Part shown: positions 9,595 through 21,225 of the stretch, one piece after another | Position numbering within the stretch: position 1 is the stretch's first letter | Layout of the letters: each line of letters opens with the position of its first letter | The notes under the pieces: model-generated | What the model saw: only the letters and a program-made list of their open reading frames with translations | What the model was told of the DNA's origin: nothing | Databases searched by the model: none | From: an uncultured cyanobacterium | Lineage (GTDB): Bacteria; Cyanobacteriota; Cyanobacteriia; Cyanobacteriales; Nostocaceae | Assembly (NCBI GenBank): GCA_963740315.1 | Contig: CAVUDP010000002.1 | Span: 2,048,001 to 2,112,000 of the forward strand | Reading direction: 5' to 3' | DNA: 64,000 nt | Position numbers and translations under genes: made by a program

Positions 9595-10371
9595 ATGTTA
9601 ATCACTAGAGAAAATACAGACTTCTATTTAAAAGACTTACAAACACCATTAGGTAAAGCAATTAATCTCGTAATTGTAATCTTAGTGATGCTGTCTTCAG
9701 GAATTTTTGTTGCAGAAACATACCAGATTCCTGAATCTATAAGCTTTATTCTCAATATTATTGATACATTAATTTTAATTATTTTTGCCGCTGAATATTT
9801 AATCCGCTTGTGGAGTGCTGAAAATCGAATTCAGTATATTTTTAGTTTCTACTCTATTATTGATTTAATCGCAATACTACCGTTTTTTACGGGAGCGATC
9901 GATATTAGGTTTATCCGTCTATTAAGATGGTTCCGAATTTTACGATTAATTAGATATCTCGATCGAAAATTCTTATTCAAAAACGTCACTACCGAAGACG
10001 GCGCTATTTTTACACGCATATTATTTACTTTATTTGCAATTATCTTTGTCTACTCCGGCTTAATTTATCAAGTAGAACATCCTGTAAATCCACAAGTTTT
10101 TAGTACTTTTGTGGATGCAATGTATTTTTGTATCGTCACAATGACAACTGTAGGTTTTGGTGACGTGACTCCAATTTCAGAAATTGGTCGTCTTTTAACA
10201 GTCTTAATGATTTTAACAGGTATCGCGTTGATTCCCTGGCAAGTGGGGGAATTGATTAAGCAAATAGTTAAAACCACAAATGAAGTAGAAATAATTTGCT
10301 GTGGATGTGGTTTAGATTTGCATGATAAAAATGCTAAATTTTGTAAAATATGCGGGACAAAATTACCGTAG
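9595..10371 (+). CDS. Voltage-gated-type potassium channel (ion transporter) with C-terminal zinc ribbon
   Basis: S4-like IRFIRLLRWFRILRLIR; TMTTVGFGD selectivity filter; CxxC...CxxC tail. Confidence 0.92.
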   Translation: MLITRENTDFYLKDLQTPLGKAINLVIVILVMLSSGIFVAETYQIPESISFILNIIDTLILIIFAAEYLIRLWSAENRIQYIFSFYSIIDLIAILPFFTGAIDIRFIRLLRWFRILRLIRYLDRKFLFKNVTTEDGAIFTRILFTLFAIIFVYSGLIYQVEHPVNPQVFSTFVDAMYFCIVTMTTVGFGDVTPISEIGRLLTVLMILTGIALIPWQVGELIKQIVKTTNEVEIICCGCGLDLHDKNAKFCKICGTKLP

Positions 10372-10430
10372 TAAATATTACTATAATTTCATAAATATTT
10401 CCAAATACCTAATATAAAAAGCCGCGATCG

Positions 10431-10684
10431 CAATATGCGGCATTATTAGTCAAAGCGTTTAATCCCGAACCTTTACGCGAATCGATTCAATTCCAGGATG
10501 TCAAAGAAAACGAAGTAGCAACAGCCACTCAAAATCAACTTATCGTCAACTCAAAATTAACAAACTCAACCCCAATCAGCCAGCAACCCGCGCCGAAGTT
10601 GCGGTAATGATTTATCAATTATTAATTCAACAGCGAAAAGTAAGGGAGATTAATTCACCTTATATCGTTGGAGGTTGGGAATAG
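10431..10684 (+). pseudogene. Remnant of the C-terminal SLH (S-layer homology) region of a lost gene
   Basis: Manual translation QYAALLVKAFNPEPLRESIQFQDVKEN/EVATATQNQLIVN, frameshift, KINKLNPNQPATRAEVAVMIYQLL...INSPYIV*; no start codon. Confidence 0.75.
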
Positions 10685-10849
10685 GGGATTGGGACAGGTT
10701 AAAGGGGAAAGGTTAAAGGTTAAAGGTTAAAGGTTAAAGGTTAAAATTATTTTTATCTCCTTGTCCCCTTGTCCCCTTGTCCCCTTCTCCCCCCATCTCC
10801 CCATCTCCCCCTCTCCCCCTCTCCCCATCTCCCCCTCTCCCCTCTTCTT

Positions 10850-11845
10850 CTAGTTCACCTGTAAAGTAGAAACAACTTGATCGAATACTTTTTGATAATT
10901 ATTATCTCCTTTGGCAAAACTAATTAGAATTAGCTTTTTACCATCACTACTAGGTAATACTATATTGTCAAATTCGTATAAACCCTCGGTACGAAAAGAC
11001 ATTGCTTCTCTTCCGGCGACAACTTTTGCATTGTAGCTTTCTGGTATGATATCTCCAAGTTCATCATTATTAGTTACCCATTGAACTAAAGATAAACCTT
11101 GAGAATTATTTTCTAAAGAGATACTTATGTTTCCCGCTGAATGCGTATTCTTAGATTTTCCTTCTGCAACTGCTTGATAATCTTTGAGACTCCACAATTC
11201 CAAAACCTTTGATGAACTAGAAGCGTCTTGGGGTTCTTTGATTACAAAGCCTTTGGGATATTTGAAATTAACGCCTAATCGCTGACTCCGATAAACATTT
11301 GTGTTGCTAGCAGCTGCAATTTTTCTTGCAGGATTTTGAGCTTCAGTTCTCAAAGCTTCAACAATAGGTTTAGCTGGGATGGGTTGAGTCTGAGTTTCTG
11401 CTTGAGTTTGCGATTTTGGCACATTTGGTTGAGAAGCAGCTTGAGGAGAAAGCTTTTCGGTTAGAGCTTTAGGAATAGAATTATTCGATTCAGAAGCAGA
11501 TCGATCGCTAGATCCTTGAGTTTGTTGCGGTACAGAAGCTGGGTTACGAGGATCTGACGAAGTTGCTTGTGGTGTAGCAACTGGATTTACCGATGGTTGA
11601 TTTACCGTGATTTCTCCTGGTGTTTTTTGCGGTATGCCAGCGATATCTTCGTTATTCTTACGATTAGCAGGCAATATCGTTAAATCTTGAGCATCCTTAT
11701 TAGAGGATTTTTTCTCAGTTTGCTGACAAGCTGTTAAACTTACGATCGAGCAGAGTATAGCTCCACCTAACAGCCGTTTAACTTGATTATGAGTTAACCT
11801 CACACCCCGAGTAGACATAATTTTCACTCCTTCAACGCCGTGCAA
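10850..11845 (-). CDS. Putative lipoprotein with P/Q/S-rich linker and PsbP-like C-terminal domain
   Basis: LTAC lipobox; low-complexity linker; YRSQRLGVNFKYPKGF...FDQVVSTLQ pattern. Confidence 0.6.
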   Translation of the reverse strand: MHGVEGVKIMSTRGVRLTHNQVKRLLGGAILCSIVSLTACQQTEKKSSNKDAQDLTILPANRKNNEDIAGIPQKTPGEITVNQPSVNPVATPQATSSDPRNPASVPQQTQGSSDRSASESNNSIPKALTEKLSPQAASQPNVPKSQTQAETQTQPIPAKPIVEALRTEAQNPARKIAAASNTNVYRSQRLGVNFKYPKGFVIKEPQDASSSSKVLELWSLKDYQAVAEGKSKNTHSAGNISISLENNSQGLSLVQWVTNNDELGDIIPESYNAKVVAGREAMSFRTEGLYEFDNIVLPSSDGKKLILISFAKGDNNYQKVFDQVVSTLQVN

Positions 11846-12023
11846 TCTTATTGTGCTTTACAACACCCACACAATGCATCAGGATAACCGAATCAATTAA
11901 GATCGATCAATCATTGTTAGATATGATCTTAGAAAAATTAAAACAAAAAGAATAGTCATAATTTATACTTTTAACTTCCACAATTACAAAATTAATTGCA
12001 CTTGTGGAAGTATTGCTAAAATT

Positions 12024-12872
12024 TCAACCGACATCATCATGAGCGTAACGGTTAAAGAGGAAATCTAAAGCATAGTTACGTAGCTTATAGTATTCGGGAT
12101 CTTCCATAATTCTGACGCGATCGCGAGGACGAGGAAAAGGAATTTCCATGACTTCCCCAATTTTCGCATGAGGTCCGTTGGTCATCATAACTAATTTATC
12201 TGCTAAAAACAGCGCTTCATCAATGTCGTGAGTAATCATCAACACCGTACAGCGGTTTTCGTTCCAAATTTTCAGCAATTCTTCTTGTAATTCTTCTTTG
12301 GTAATTGCGTCTAACGCTCCGAAGGGTTCATCCAAAATCAACACTTTGGGACGAATTGCCAAAGCACGAGCGATAGAAACCCTTTGTCTCATTCCCCCAG
12401 ACAATTGCGGCGGTTTTTTGTCCATCGCATCTGCCAATCCTACCATTGCTAAATGGTCGCGGACGATCGCTCTTTTTTCAGGTGTTGGTTTGTTGGGATA
12501 CACCGCGTCTACAGCCATGTAAATATTTTCAAACGCCGTTCGCCAAGGTAGTAAAGCATAATTCTGGAATACCACCATGCGATCGGGTCCCGGTTTGGTA
12601 ATTATTTTACCTTCCAAAGTTACTTCTCCGGAAGTAGGTGTATCAAAACCAGAAACCATATTTAATAAAGTTGATTTACCACAACCCGAATGACCAATAA
12701 CGCAAATAAAATCACCTTGAGCAACATCAAGGTTAACACCATCAAGAACGGTAAACGGTCCTTTTTTAGTTGAGTAAACTTTGCTAACGTCTTTTATTTG
12801 TAAATAAGGCTGACGAGATTTAACGCTGATGTTACTTAGAGGTATTCCTAATGTGCTTCTGGGGTTATTCAT
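12024..12872 (-). CDS. cmpD: Bicarbonate ABC transporter ATP-binding protein CmpD
   Basis: GHSGCGKST, LSGGMRQ, DEPFGALD; last gene of the four-gene operon. Confidence 0.85.
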   Translation of the reverse strand: MNNPRSTLGIPLSNISVKSRQPYLQIKDVSKVYSTKKGPFTVLDGVNLDVAQGDFICVIGHSGCGKSTLLNMVSGFDTPTSGEVTLEGKIITKPGPDRMVVFQNYALLPWRTAFENIYMAVDAVYPNKPTPEKRAIVRDHLAMVGLADAMDKKPPQLSGGMRQRVSIARALAIRPKVLILDEPFGALDAITKEELQEELLKIWNENRCTVLMITHDIDEALFLADKLVMMTNGPHAKIGEVMEIPFPRPRDRVRIMEDPEYYKLRNYALDFLFNRYAHDDVG

Positions 12873-13096
12873 AAGTTTAAAAAAAGGGAATTGGGAATTG
12901 ATAATTGATAATTGGGAATAGACATTCTCCGGTTAGGAAAAAGACCTCTCTCCAAACCTCTCTCTCCGCAGTCGCTACAACGCGGGGAACCCGCGCAACG
13001 CGCTGCTCTCTGCAAGGAGTTCCGGCTTAATTTTGCCCCTTCCCTCGTAGGGAAGGGGGTTAGGGGGTTAGGTTTTTTGTCTAATTGATAATTGAT

Positions 13097-15094
13097 TTAA
13101 GCAGCCATCCGCCGAGCATCGAGAATCACGTCTGCGACTGCAAAATCATGTTTAATTTGTAAGCTATTAAGGTAAGAAATTGGATCGTCAGCATTGAATG
13201 GAGTACCGTCGAAAAATTGGATCGGTTTACGAACGTAGCTAATATCCATACCCAATTCCCTCGCAGCAGTACTAAAAGTACCCACACGACAAACCCGTTC
13301 GACAATTTCCACCCAATTTCGAGGAAAAGGAGTATGACCCCAACGTGCTAATTGAGTTACAATCCAAATTTGTTCGGTGCGACTGGGACGATTAATTGCA
13401 GAATCGGCATAAAATTGGTGATGAGCGTAATCTCCTACCGGATGCTCTAAATCTGAGTTAGTATGATTTGGTTCTATTTGAATGTATTCAACGGGAACGC
13501 TTACGTAATCTTTGCTTGCCAAAATTTGACGTATTTCTTCCGTATTTTCTGGCAACGAACAATAATAGCAAGCTTCTAATAAAGCTTTAGTCAAAGCGAT
13601 AAAACTGTTGGGATAAGCCGCAGCCCAATCTTCTCGCACTCCCAGAACTTTACCCGGATGTCCCAACCATACATCCAAATCTGAAGCAGCAGTAATTCCA
13701 ACCCCTTCATAAGCAGCGCGAATATTCCAAGGTTCGCCCACACAGAAACCATCTATACTGCCATTTTGTAAATCTGCTACCATCTGTGCCGGAGGTAAAG
13801 TCTGGATATGTACGTCTAAATCCGGGTTAATACCGCCAGCAGCCAACCAATAACGTAATAACAAATTATGCATCGAAGAGGGATGCACTACTCCCATAAT
13901 GTGCTGGCGATCGCGAGTTTTAAGTAAATAGTTGCGGAAATCAGATAAGTCTTGTATCCCATGCTCGTAAAAATCCCGCGATAAAGTAATGGCGTTACCG
14001 TTGCGAGTCATGGTTAGGGAAGTAACTACGGGTAAAGGTTTATTCTCGTTTCCTCCCAAAGTCAACCACATGGGCATCCCTGAAGGCATTTGTGCAGCAT
14101 CTAAATATCCCCCACCGATGCCATCAACAATACCCCGCCAACTGGTTTCTCGTACCAAATTAACTTCATCTAAACCATGCTTGGCAAAAAAGCCTTTTTC
14201 TTTGGCTATTACTAAGGGAGCGCAAGCTGTGAGGGGAACAAAACCAATTTCTAAATTAACTTTTTCTAAACCATGATTGGAAACAACGGTATTTTTGCGA
14301 GCGCGAATTTTTTTAATCCGTTTCTGCTGGTTGAGGAAGTAAATCATCTCGCTACGCAAACTGTAATAACTGGGATGTTCTACTACTTCCATCCGTTTGC
14401 GAGGTCTGGGAATATCTACTTCTAAAATACTACCAATTTTTGATTCCGGACCGTTGGTGAGCATGACAATTCTGTCGGATAGCAACACTGCTTCATCAAC
14501 ATCATGAGTCACCATCACCGCAGTAACTTGATTTTCCTCGCAGATTTTCATCAACTGCTCTTGTAAATTACCCCGCGTTAGTGCATCTAAAGCACCGAAT
14601 GGTTCATCTAATAGCAATAACTTGGGACGAATTGCCAAAGCACGGGCGATCGCCACCCTTTGTTTTTGTCCCCCGGATAACATTCCAGGCTGTTTGTCTG
14701 CATGGGGACGCAACCCCACCATATCTATATGTCTATCTACAATTTTGCGACGTTCGGGTTGTGGTAAGTCTCCCATCACGGAGTTTACCGCTAGAGCAAT
14801 ATTTTCCCGTACCGTTCGCCAAGGTAACAAGGAATAATTTTGGAAAACTACCATGCGATCGGGTCCGGGCTGAGTGATTCTTTTACCTTCTAAACTCACA
14901 ATACCTTGAGTAGGTAAATCTAAACCCGCAATCATATTTAATAAAGTTGATTTCCCGCATCCAGAGTGACCAATTAAGGATACAAATTCACCTTTTTTTA
15001 TTTCTAAATCAATACCTTTAAGGGCGATATATTTACCGCCAGCAGTTAAATTAAAAACTTTTTCAACTTGGTCAACAGCAACAAATACACTCAT
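13097..15094 (-). CDS. cmpC: Bicarbonate ABC transporter ATP-binding/regulatory protein CmpC
   Basis: ABC ATPase fused to an NrtA/CmpA-like C-terminal domain, 665 aa. Confidence 0.85.
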   Translation of the reverse strand: MSVFVAVDQVEKVFNLTAGGKYIALKGIDLEIKKGEFVSLIGHSGCGKSTLLNMIAGLDLPTQGIVSLEGKRITQPGPDRMVVFQNYSLLPWRTVRENIALAVNSVMGDLPQPERRKIVDRHIDMVGLRPHADKQPGMLSGGQKQRVAIARALAIRPKLLLLDEPFGALDALTRGNLQEQLMKICEENQVTAVMVTHDVDEAVLLSDRIVMLTNGPESKIGSILEVDIPRPRKRMEVVEHPSYYSLRSEMIYFLNQQKRIKKIRARKNTVVSNHGLEKVNLEIGFVPLTACAPLVIAKEKGFFAKHGLDEVNLVRETSWRGIVDGIGGGYLDAAQMPSGMPMWLTLGGNENKPLPVVTSLTMTRNGNAITLSRDFYEHGIQDLSDFRNYLLKTRDRQHIMGVVHPSSMHNLLLRYWLAAGGINPDLDVHIQTLPPAQMVADLQNGSIDGFCVGEPWNIRAAYEGVGITAASDLDVWLGHPGKVLGVREDWAAAYPNSFIALTKALLEACYYCSLPENTEEIRQILASKDYVSVPVEYIQIEPNHTNSDLEHPVGDYAHHQFYADSAINRPSRTEQIWIVTQLARWGHTPFPRNWVEIVERVCRVGTFSTAARELGMDISYVRKPIQFFDGTPFNADDPISYLNSLQIKHDFAVADVILDARRMAA

Positions 15095-15219
15095 ATTTTT
15101 ACTTCCTATTTATGAATATTTTTAATTGTTTGATTAAAAGACGTAGCAGTGCTACGTCTCTACACATTCCAGCTTGCAATCAATCCAAAATCTAAAATCC
15201 AAAATCCAAAATTGAATAG

Positions 15220-16062
15220 CTACTTTTGCTCTGCTGGTGGCAAAATTCGGTTTTGAATCCAAACCATTATTTTATCTAGCAACAAACCCACAATACCGAT
15301 ATAAACTAGAGCCAGAATGATTTCGCTGACATAGTTATTCTGATAGGCATCCCAGATGAAAAAGCCAATTCCTACAATTCCGGACATAACGATTTCGGCG
15401 GCAATAATTGCTAACCAAGCTAAACCAATAGCAATTCTCAATCCCGTGAAAATGTAGGGTAAAGCTGCGGGAATTAAGATATTCAAAAAGTACTCTTTTC
15501 GAGAAAGTTGTAGCACTTTGGCAACGTTATTATAGTCTTGGGGAATTTCTTTCACCCCTACCGCAGTGTTAATTAAGATCGGCCAAATTGCGGTGATGAA
15601 AATTACGAATAATGCTGCGGGTTCGTTTTGTCGTAATGCAGCCAAGGAAATCGGTACCCAAGCCAAAGGAGGAATAGTCCGCAACAGTTGAAACAGCGGA
15701 TCTAAAGCTTTAGACATCGTTGGATTGACACCAATCAAAATTCCCAAGCCAATTCCTATAACTGCGGCAAAACTATAGCCAATCATCACCCTTTGTAAGC
15801 TTGCTAAAATCTGCCAAAATAAACCTTTGTCAATCCCTCCTTTGTCATAAAAAGGATATAAAATCAGTATCCACGTGTCTTGAATTACTTTTATTGGTCC
15901 TGGTAAAGTTGCTCCTGGTATCCAAGAAAAGAGTTGCCAAACAACTAGAAAAATTAATATTGCCAATAAGGGAGGGACAATATCGGGTAACTGTTTTTGA
16001 AAGCGGGCAGTTATACTGCGATTAAAAGTAGGACTTATTGGTCTTTTGGTAGTAGTTGTCAT
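15220..16062 (-). CDS. cmpB: Bicarbonate ABC transporter permease CmpB
   Basis: NrtB/CmpB permease motifs LRTIPPLAWVP and AWLAIIAAE. Confidence 0.85.
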   Translation of the reverse strand: MTTTTKRPISPTFNRSITARFQKQLPDIVPPLLAILIFLVVWQLFSWIPGATLPGPIKVIQDTWILILYPFYDKGGIDKGLFWQILASLQRVMIGYSFAAVIGIGLGILIGVNPTMSKALDPLFQLLRTIPPLAWVPISLAALRQNEPAALFVIFITAIWPILINTAVGVKEIPQDYNNVAKVLQLSRKEYFLNILIPAALPYIFTGLRIAIGLAWLAIIAAEIVMSGIVGIGFFIWDAYQNNYVSEIILALVYIGIVGLLLDKIMVWIQNRILPPAEQK

Positions 16063-16153
16063 TTGATATTCCGATTGATTTAATAATTTGTAAGTAATGA
16101 ATTTCTAACTCTTAACTCAATAACAGACGTAGCAATGCTACGTCTCTACAACA

Positions 16154-17533
16154 CTAAACGTTGGCTTTCTTAATCTTGAGACTGCGTAAATATGCTTCGG
16201 GATTTTCTGGATCGAATTTGACTCCATCAAAGAATTCTTCCACGCCCCGTGATGTATTTGTCGGAATATCGGCAGCCGGAATTCCCGCTTCTTTCGCTGC
16301 TTCTTTCCAAATATCTTCGCGGTTGACTTTATCAATTAATGCTCTAGCTTTGGCTGCATTATTAGTAATATAATCTTGAGGCAAGAATCCCCAACGAACG
16401 CTCTCTGTAATAAACCACAAATCGTGACTCTTATAAGGATAAGAAACACTGCCTTTCTCATCTTTCCAATACAGTGCAGCCATCGATCTATCGTCAATTT
16501 TGCGACCATTTCCCATGTCGTATTTACCCATAAATGGTTCTAAAAGAACATCAACCGGGACATTAAAATACTGTCGCTGTGACAAGATATTTGCCATTTC
16601 TTGACGATTATCAAAGTTATCGCACCACTGCTGAGCCTCCATGATTCCTTTCAAAATTGCTTTGGTGGCTTTGGGATTCTTGTCTACCCAATCTGCTCTA
16701 ATAGCTAAATATTCTTCGGGGTGATTCTTCCAGATGTCTGCGGTTAATGCTGCCATGTAGCCAATTTTGTCTTTAACAATTCGATAGGGCCACGGATCTC
16801 CCGTACTAAAAGCATCCATAGTCCCAGTCTTCATGTTGGCAACGGTTTGAGCCGATGGTACTGGTAGCAAATTTATATCATTATCGGGGTCAACACCACC
16901 AGCAGCCAGCCAGTAGCGAATCCAAAAATCCTGATTGACGTGGGGGAAAGTATGAGCGGCTTTGAAGCGATCGCCTCCTCCTTTACTAGCCTTAACTTGG
17001 CTAACTAATCCTGATGAGAGTTGTAGATCGAGTCCTTTACCTTGCCATTTATCCGCGATCGCAATCCCGTTCCCCTGAGTAATCAACTGACACAGCAGAT
17101 ACATCGGAATTGGTTTATTGCCTTTGGTAATTACTCCTTCGGTAATCAAATGCGCCATAGGCATCTGCCATTGCCCACCATCAATACCACCACCAGCCGC
17201 ACCAATTTCAACGTTATCTCTTGCAGAACCCCAAGAAGCTTGTTTGGAAAGTTCTACATCATTCATGCCATATTTAGCAAAAAAACCTTTTTCTTTAGCA
17301 ATTATTAAAGGTGCAGCTTCCACAATCGGCACGTATCCCAACTTAATAGCTGTGGTTTCTGGTGCTTGTTGTGGATTAACATTTGCAACTGGTTGGGCTG
17401 TTGTTGGTGCCGCTGCATTACCACCCAAATCTTCTGGTGGATTTCCCAAACAACCTGCCAGTAAAACAGTACCTGCCGATGCACCGGCTGTTAAGATAAA
17501 TTTACGTCGAGAAATTCGATTAAAATCTGTCAC
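16154..17533 (-). CDS. cmpA: Bicarbonate-binding lipoprotein CmpA
   Basis: SRRKF leader with [23 protein letters not shown] and [12 protein letters not shown] are CmpA-like; no nirA/narB nearby; divergent carbonic anhydrase. Confidence 0.85.
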   Translation of the reverse strand: MTDFNRISRRKFILTAGASAGTVLLAGCLGNPPEDLGGNAAAPTTAQPVANVNPQQAPETTAIKLGYVPIVEAAPLIIAKEKGFFAKYGMNDVELSKQASWGSARDNVEIGAAGGGIDGGQWQMPMAHLITEGVITKGNKPIPMYLLCQLITQGNGIAIADKWQGKGLDLQLSSGLVSQVKASKGGGDRFKAAHTFPHVNQDFWIRYWLAAGGVDPDNDINLLPVPSAQTVANMKTGTMDAFSTGDPWPYRIVKDKIGYMAALTADIWKNHPEEYLAIRADWVDKNPKATKAILKGIMEAQQWCDNFDNRQEMANILSQRQYFNVPVDVLLEPFMGKYDMGNGRKIDDRSMAALYWKDEKGSVSYPYKSHDLWFITESVRWGFLPQDYITNNAAKARALIDKVNREDIWKEAAKEAGIPAADIPTNTSRGVEEFFDGVKFDPENPEAYLRSLKIKKANV

Positions 17534-17808
17534 AACTTCATCCTTTTGGTAGTTTTATGTTTTTAGGTATTAAAAATTGAGCCACAGCTATTGCTATAAA
17601 TCGCAAAAAGCTGTCGCTACATACAAATAAATGCTGCTTTTAAGGAAACTTATACTAAGAAAAGAAACTAGCAATGTAACTTTATGTCAAGCCGTTGTTG
17701 AGTCGGTGATTCAGTAAGTTAATTGCTGTTCAAACTAGAATACAGCTATTAATATAAAAAAGATACATCCCGAACCATCAATTATTAAATAAATATTATA
17801 TTACTTGT

Positions 17809-17915
17809 ATAAGTAAAACTTTATGATTGCCTAAGAGTAGTGGTTATACATAATCAATAGTCGATTGATAGGGATGACTGGGATCGATCCAAATCTATGA
17901 TAGATTTTTTTCTAT
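17809..17915. promoter_or_regulatory. Putative LysR (CmpR/NdhR-type) boxes: ATAA-N8-TTAT (17809-17824) and ATAG-N8-CTAT (17900-17915)
   Basis: Dyads read directly in the cmpA/carbonic anhydrase divergent promoter. Confidence 0.5.
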
Positions 17916-18228
17916 GTATACTATTGATTGCAGCCATGATTTTTTATTCAATGTCGTGTAATACAATTCTGCTTTACAGGATTGATTCAAACGACGGGTA
18001 GGAGATTTTTGGTTATTAGTAGTTATCATATTTCTCAGAGAATTTGAGATATACCAAGTATTCCCAAAACATGAGAAAGTTAATACTAGGTCAAAGGTTA
18101 AAGGTTAAAGGTTAAAGGTTATGAGTTGGGCATAGGGCATTGGGCATAGAGAGTTAAAAATTTTATTTGTTCTACCCCCTCTCCCCACTCTCCCCACTCT
18201 CCCCCTCAGTCAACATTCAGAAATTAAG

Positions 18229-18981
18229 ATGAAAAAACTAGTAAAGGGTCTGCGTGAATTTAAAGCTAATTATTACAGTATCCATAGAGAATTATTTGAA
18301 CAACTTTCTCACGGTCAAAAACCGAGAGTTTTATTTATTACTTGCTCTGACTCCCGTGTAGACCCCAATTTAATTACCCAAGCGGGGGTTGGCGAACTAT
18401 TTGTAATTCGCAACGCTGGTAATATAATTCCTCCCTTTGGAGCCACAAATGGCGGCGAAGGAGCGACTATTGAATATGCAGTTCAAGCTTTAGGTATTAA
18501 CCAAATCATTGTTTGCGGACATTCTAATTGCGGGGCAATGAAAGGACTGATGAAGTTAAATAAATTACAGTCAGATATGCCTTTGGTGTTTGATTGGCTT
18601 AAGTATGCCGAATCAACTCGACGTTTGGTTTTAGACCATTACAGCGAATACGAAGGGGAAGATTTATTAGAAATTATGATTGCTGAAAATGTGTTGACGC
18701 AAATCGATAATTTACGTACTTATCCGGTGATTCACTCTAAGCTTTATCAAAAGCAAGTTAGCATTTACGCTTGGATTTATCAGATTGAAACCGGAGAGAT
18801 TTTAGCATACGATCCAATCACTCATTCTTATACTTCACCTCAAAGTCAGATAAATGAGTATGAAGTTGATGAAAGGGTTGAACCAGCAACAAACAAAATA
18901 GATTATGAAAATTTAGGTTTCCCCATGACGCGCTTATCTAGGGAACAAATGAATCGAATTTATCAAGGTTCTGGTAATTAG
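18229..18981 (+). CDS. Beta-class carbonic anhydrase (CcaA/IcfA-like)
   Basis: CSDSRVDP and HSNCGAMKG zinc ligands; C-terminal EQMNRIYQGS tail typical of cyanobacterial CcaA. Confidence 0.93.
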   Translation: MKKLVKGLREFKANYYSIHRELFEQLSHGQKPRVLFITCSDSRVDPNLITQAGVGELFVIRNAGNIIPPFGATNGGEGATIEYAVQALGINQIIVCGHSNCGAMKGLMKLNKLQSDMPLVFDWLKYAESTRRLVLDHYSEYEGEDLLEIMIAENVLTQIDNLRTYPVIHSKLYQKQVSIYAWIYQIETGEILAYDPITHSYTSPQSQINEYEVDERVEPATNKIDYENLGFPMTRLSREQMNRIYQGSGN

Positions 18982-19315
18982 TTGTTGGTTTTATTAAATT
19001 TAATGGATTAGTTTTTCCCGTTCACCGTAGGTGCGGTTTAAACGTTGGGAGACGTAGCAGTGCTACGTCTCTACAATCCGTCGGAATTAATGAAATGTAC
19101 TACTAATACTTCACCACATTAAATATTATGGGTAAGACATTGGTAGTGCGAGCATCCTGCTCGCTCGTGGTGGCAAGATCGCGAGACGCATGTCCTACCG
19201 GACAGACTCCGTTAACGCACTACGCAAACCCCTCATAACTTATGTGATTAAATACTAATTGTTATTTGTTAGTTGTCAATAATCAAAACTCCCAACTCCG
19301 GCGATCCTACCTTTC

Positions 19316-21225
19316 TTATTGCAGAGCGCTGATTTCTTTTAAATAAACTTGTGTCAGCGGTTCATCTTGTGCAAGGGTATATTCTTCAATTAAACCTTCG
19401 CGGGTAATAGTAACGTTGTTTTGTTTGCTGATAATAACGGTAGAGTTATCAAAAATGAAATAAGCTAAAATCATTTCGGTTTCGCTGGGATTATCAAGAA
19501 TTACTATGTTGCTCTTGTCGTAAAACATTCCATGATTTTCCAAAATTTCGTCGTCGTACTCAACAATCAATAAGTCAAGATTGGGGTTACGTAATACGCT
19601 TTGTATGTTCGTATTGCGATCGCGGTTTAACATCTTTTTTGACTGATTGATAAAAACTGCATCCCGGCAAACTGCGCCTACCGTCCATTCTGGATGCTGC
19701 AATAAAATATGATTAATCGTTTCGTGCAATTCTTTAAGAGAAATCTTATTAAAGGTGATAATTGGAATTTTGCTATCTTCGCTTTTTGCAAAGAAGGTAT
19801 TTAAAATTGATGAAGGTACATCTACGCCTTCACCTACAGCAGGATTAAGATGCATCATAATTCCTGGTGCGGCGTTAATTTCTATGATGGCAAATTTATT
19901 TTCTTTCCAAGAAACAGTAAGACTTTCTGCCATTACATCAATACCAAGGCAGGTAAGCTGAAAATGTTGAGCAATGTCTTGCGCCAAAATCACATTGTCG
20001 GGGTGAATATTACTTGTAGCGTCGATGCTGACTCCACCGGCAGAAAGATTGGCGACTTTACGTAGATATACGGTTTCGCCTTTTTCTGGTATGCTATCTA
20101 ACGATAAATTTTGTTCGTCTAAATATTGTTCCATCGCCTCATCGCACTGAATTTGACTCATCGGCGATGTTGGTGTATCCAAACGTTCTGGTTTGCGGTT
20201 TTCTCGATCGATTAATTCGTCAATATTCAAGTTTCCATCACCCACAACCGATGCTGGGCGACGTTCGATCGCGGCGACAAATCTACCGTTGACGCACAAT
20301 AAGCGAAAATCTGTACCTGATATGCTTTGTTCAACAATTATGCGGATGGGTTCTGATTCGGGAATCGCTTCGTATGCGCGATCGTAAGCATAACCTAATT
20401 CTTTAAAATTTCTGATATCGGCAGTTACTCCAATACCTTTATGACCTGATACGGGTTTGATTGCTACTGGATAACCGATCTTTTCTGCTACACTCAAAGC
20501 TTCTTTTTCGGAAGTAACAATATCGCCGTCGGGAACTGGAAAGCCTAAAGTTTTTAAAAATGCTTTGCAATCATCTTTACGGGTACTAAAATCTGAATCT
20601 AAATGGCTATCACAATTAAATGTTGTAGCGAAACCGCGAACTTGTTTTTTACCGTAACCGTATTGCGTTAATCCTTCTTCTGATAAATAAAATGTCGGGA
20701 TATCTTTTTGGTAAGCCGTTCGCAATAGAGCATAATTTGTCGGACCCCGTAAACAGATTTACGAAAGGAATTTTGTAGATTTCTTAGCCGATCTTCAAAG
20801 TTAATATCTAGACTTTGAGTAATTGCTTCAAACCAATCCCAAACAAAATAGACTATCAATCTACTCGTGCGATGATGTAGTGCTTGCAAAGCAATTCTTG
20901 TATAGTCTTGATAAGATTTGAAGCTGGTGCGATACAGATGCAAATCCATATCTAATTTTGCTACTTCCGAGAGAGTTTTCGCAAATAATTCAGCATGAGA
21001 TTCATATTCGCGATCGCCTAGTTGTGGATAACGTTTACACACGGCACAAACATAATCCTCAATTGGTAAGGGTCGCGAATCATTAGTCAAACCAAAATCA
21101 AAGACTAACGCCCGTGTATCCAAATAAGCTGTTGGTCCGATATAATCCTTCAAATTGAAAATATCAAAGGCATCAGCAACCCTGGCATTGATGCGAACTG
21201 TATCGTTATCTAGTTGTTGAACCAT
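19316..21225 (-). pseudogene. cphA2: Cyanophycin synthetase 2 (CphA2) split by a 1-bp frameshift (real or sequencing error)
   Basis: ORFs 20668-21225 and 19316-20725 join as SVYGGPTNYALLRTAYQKD if one G is restored at 20745-20748; ATP-grasp motifs KPVSGHKGIGV, ANLSAGG and EINAAPG; next to cphB. Confidence 0.85.

Noticed and set aside
12024..17533. Nitrate transporter nrtABCD
   Set aside because: The binding protein has CmpA-type motifs, nirA/narB are absent and a carbonic anhydrase is adjacent; a phylogeny would be decisive
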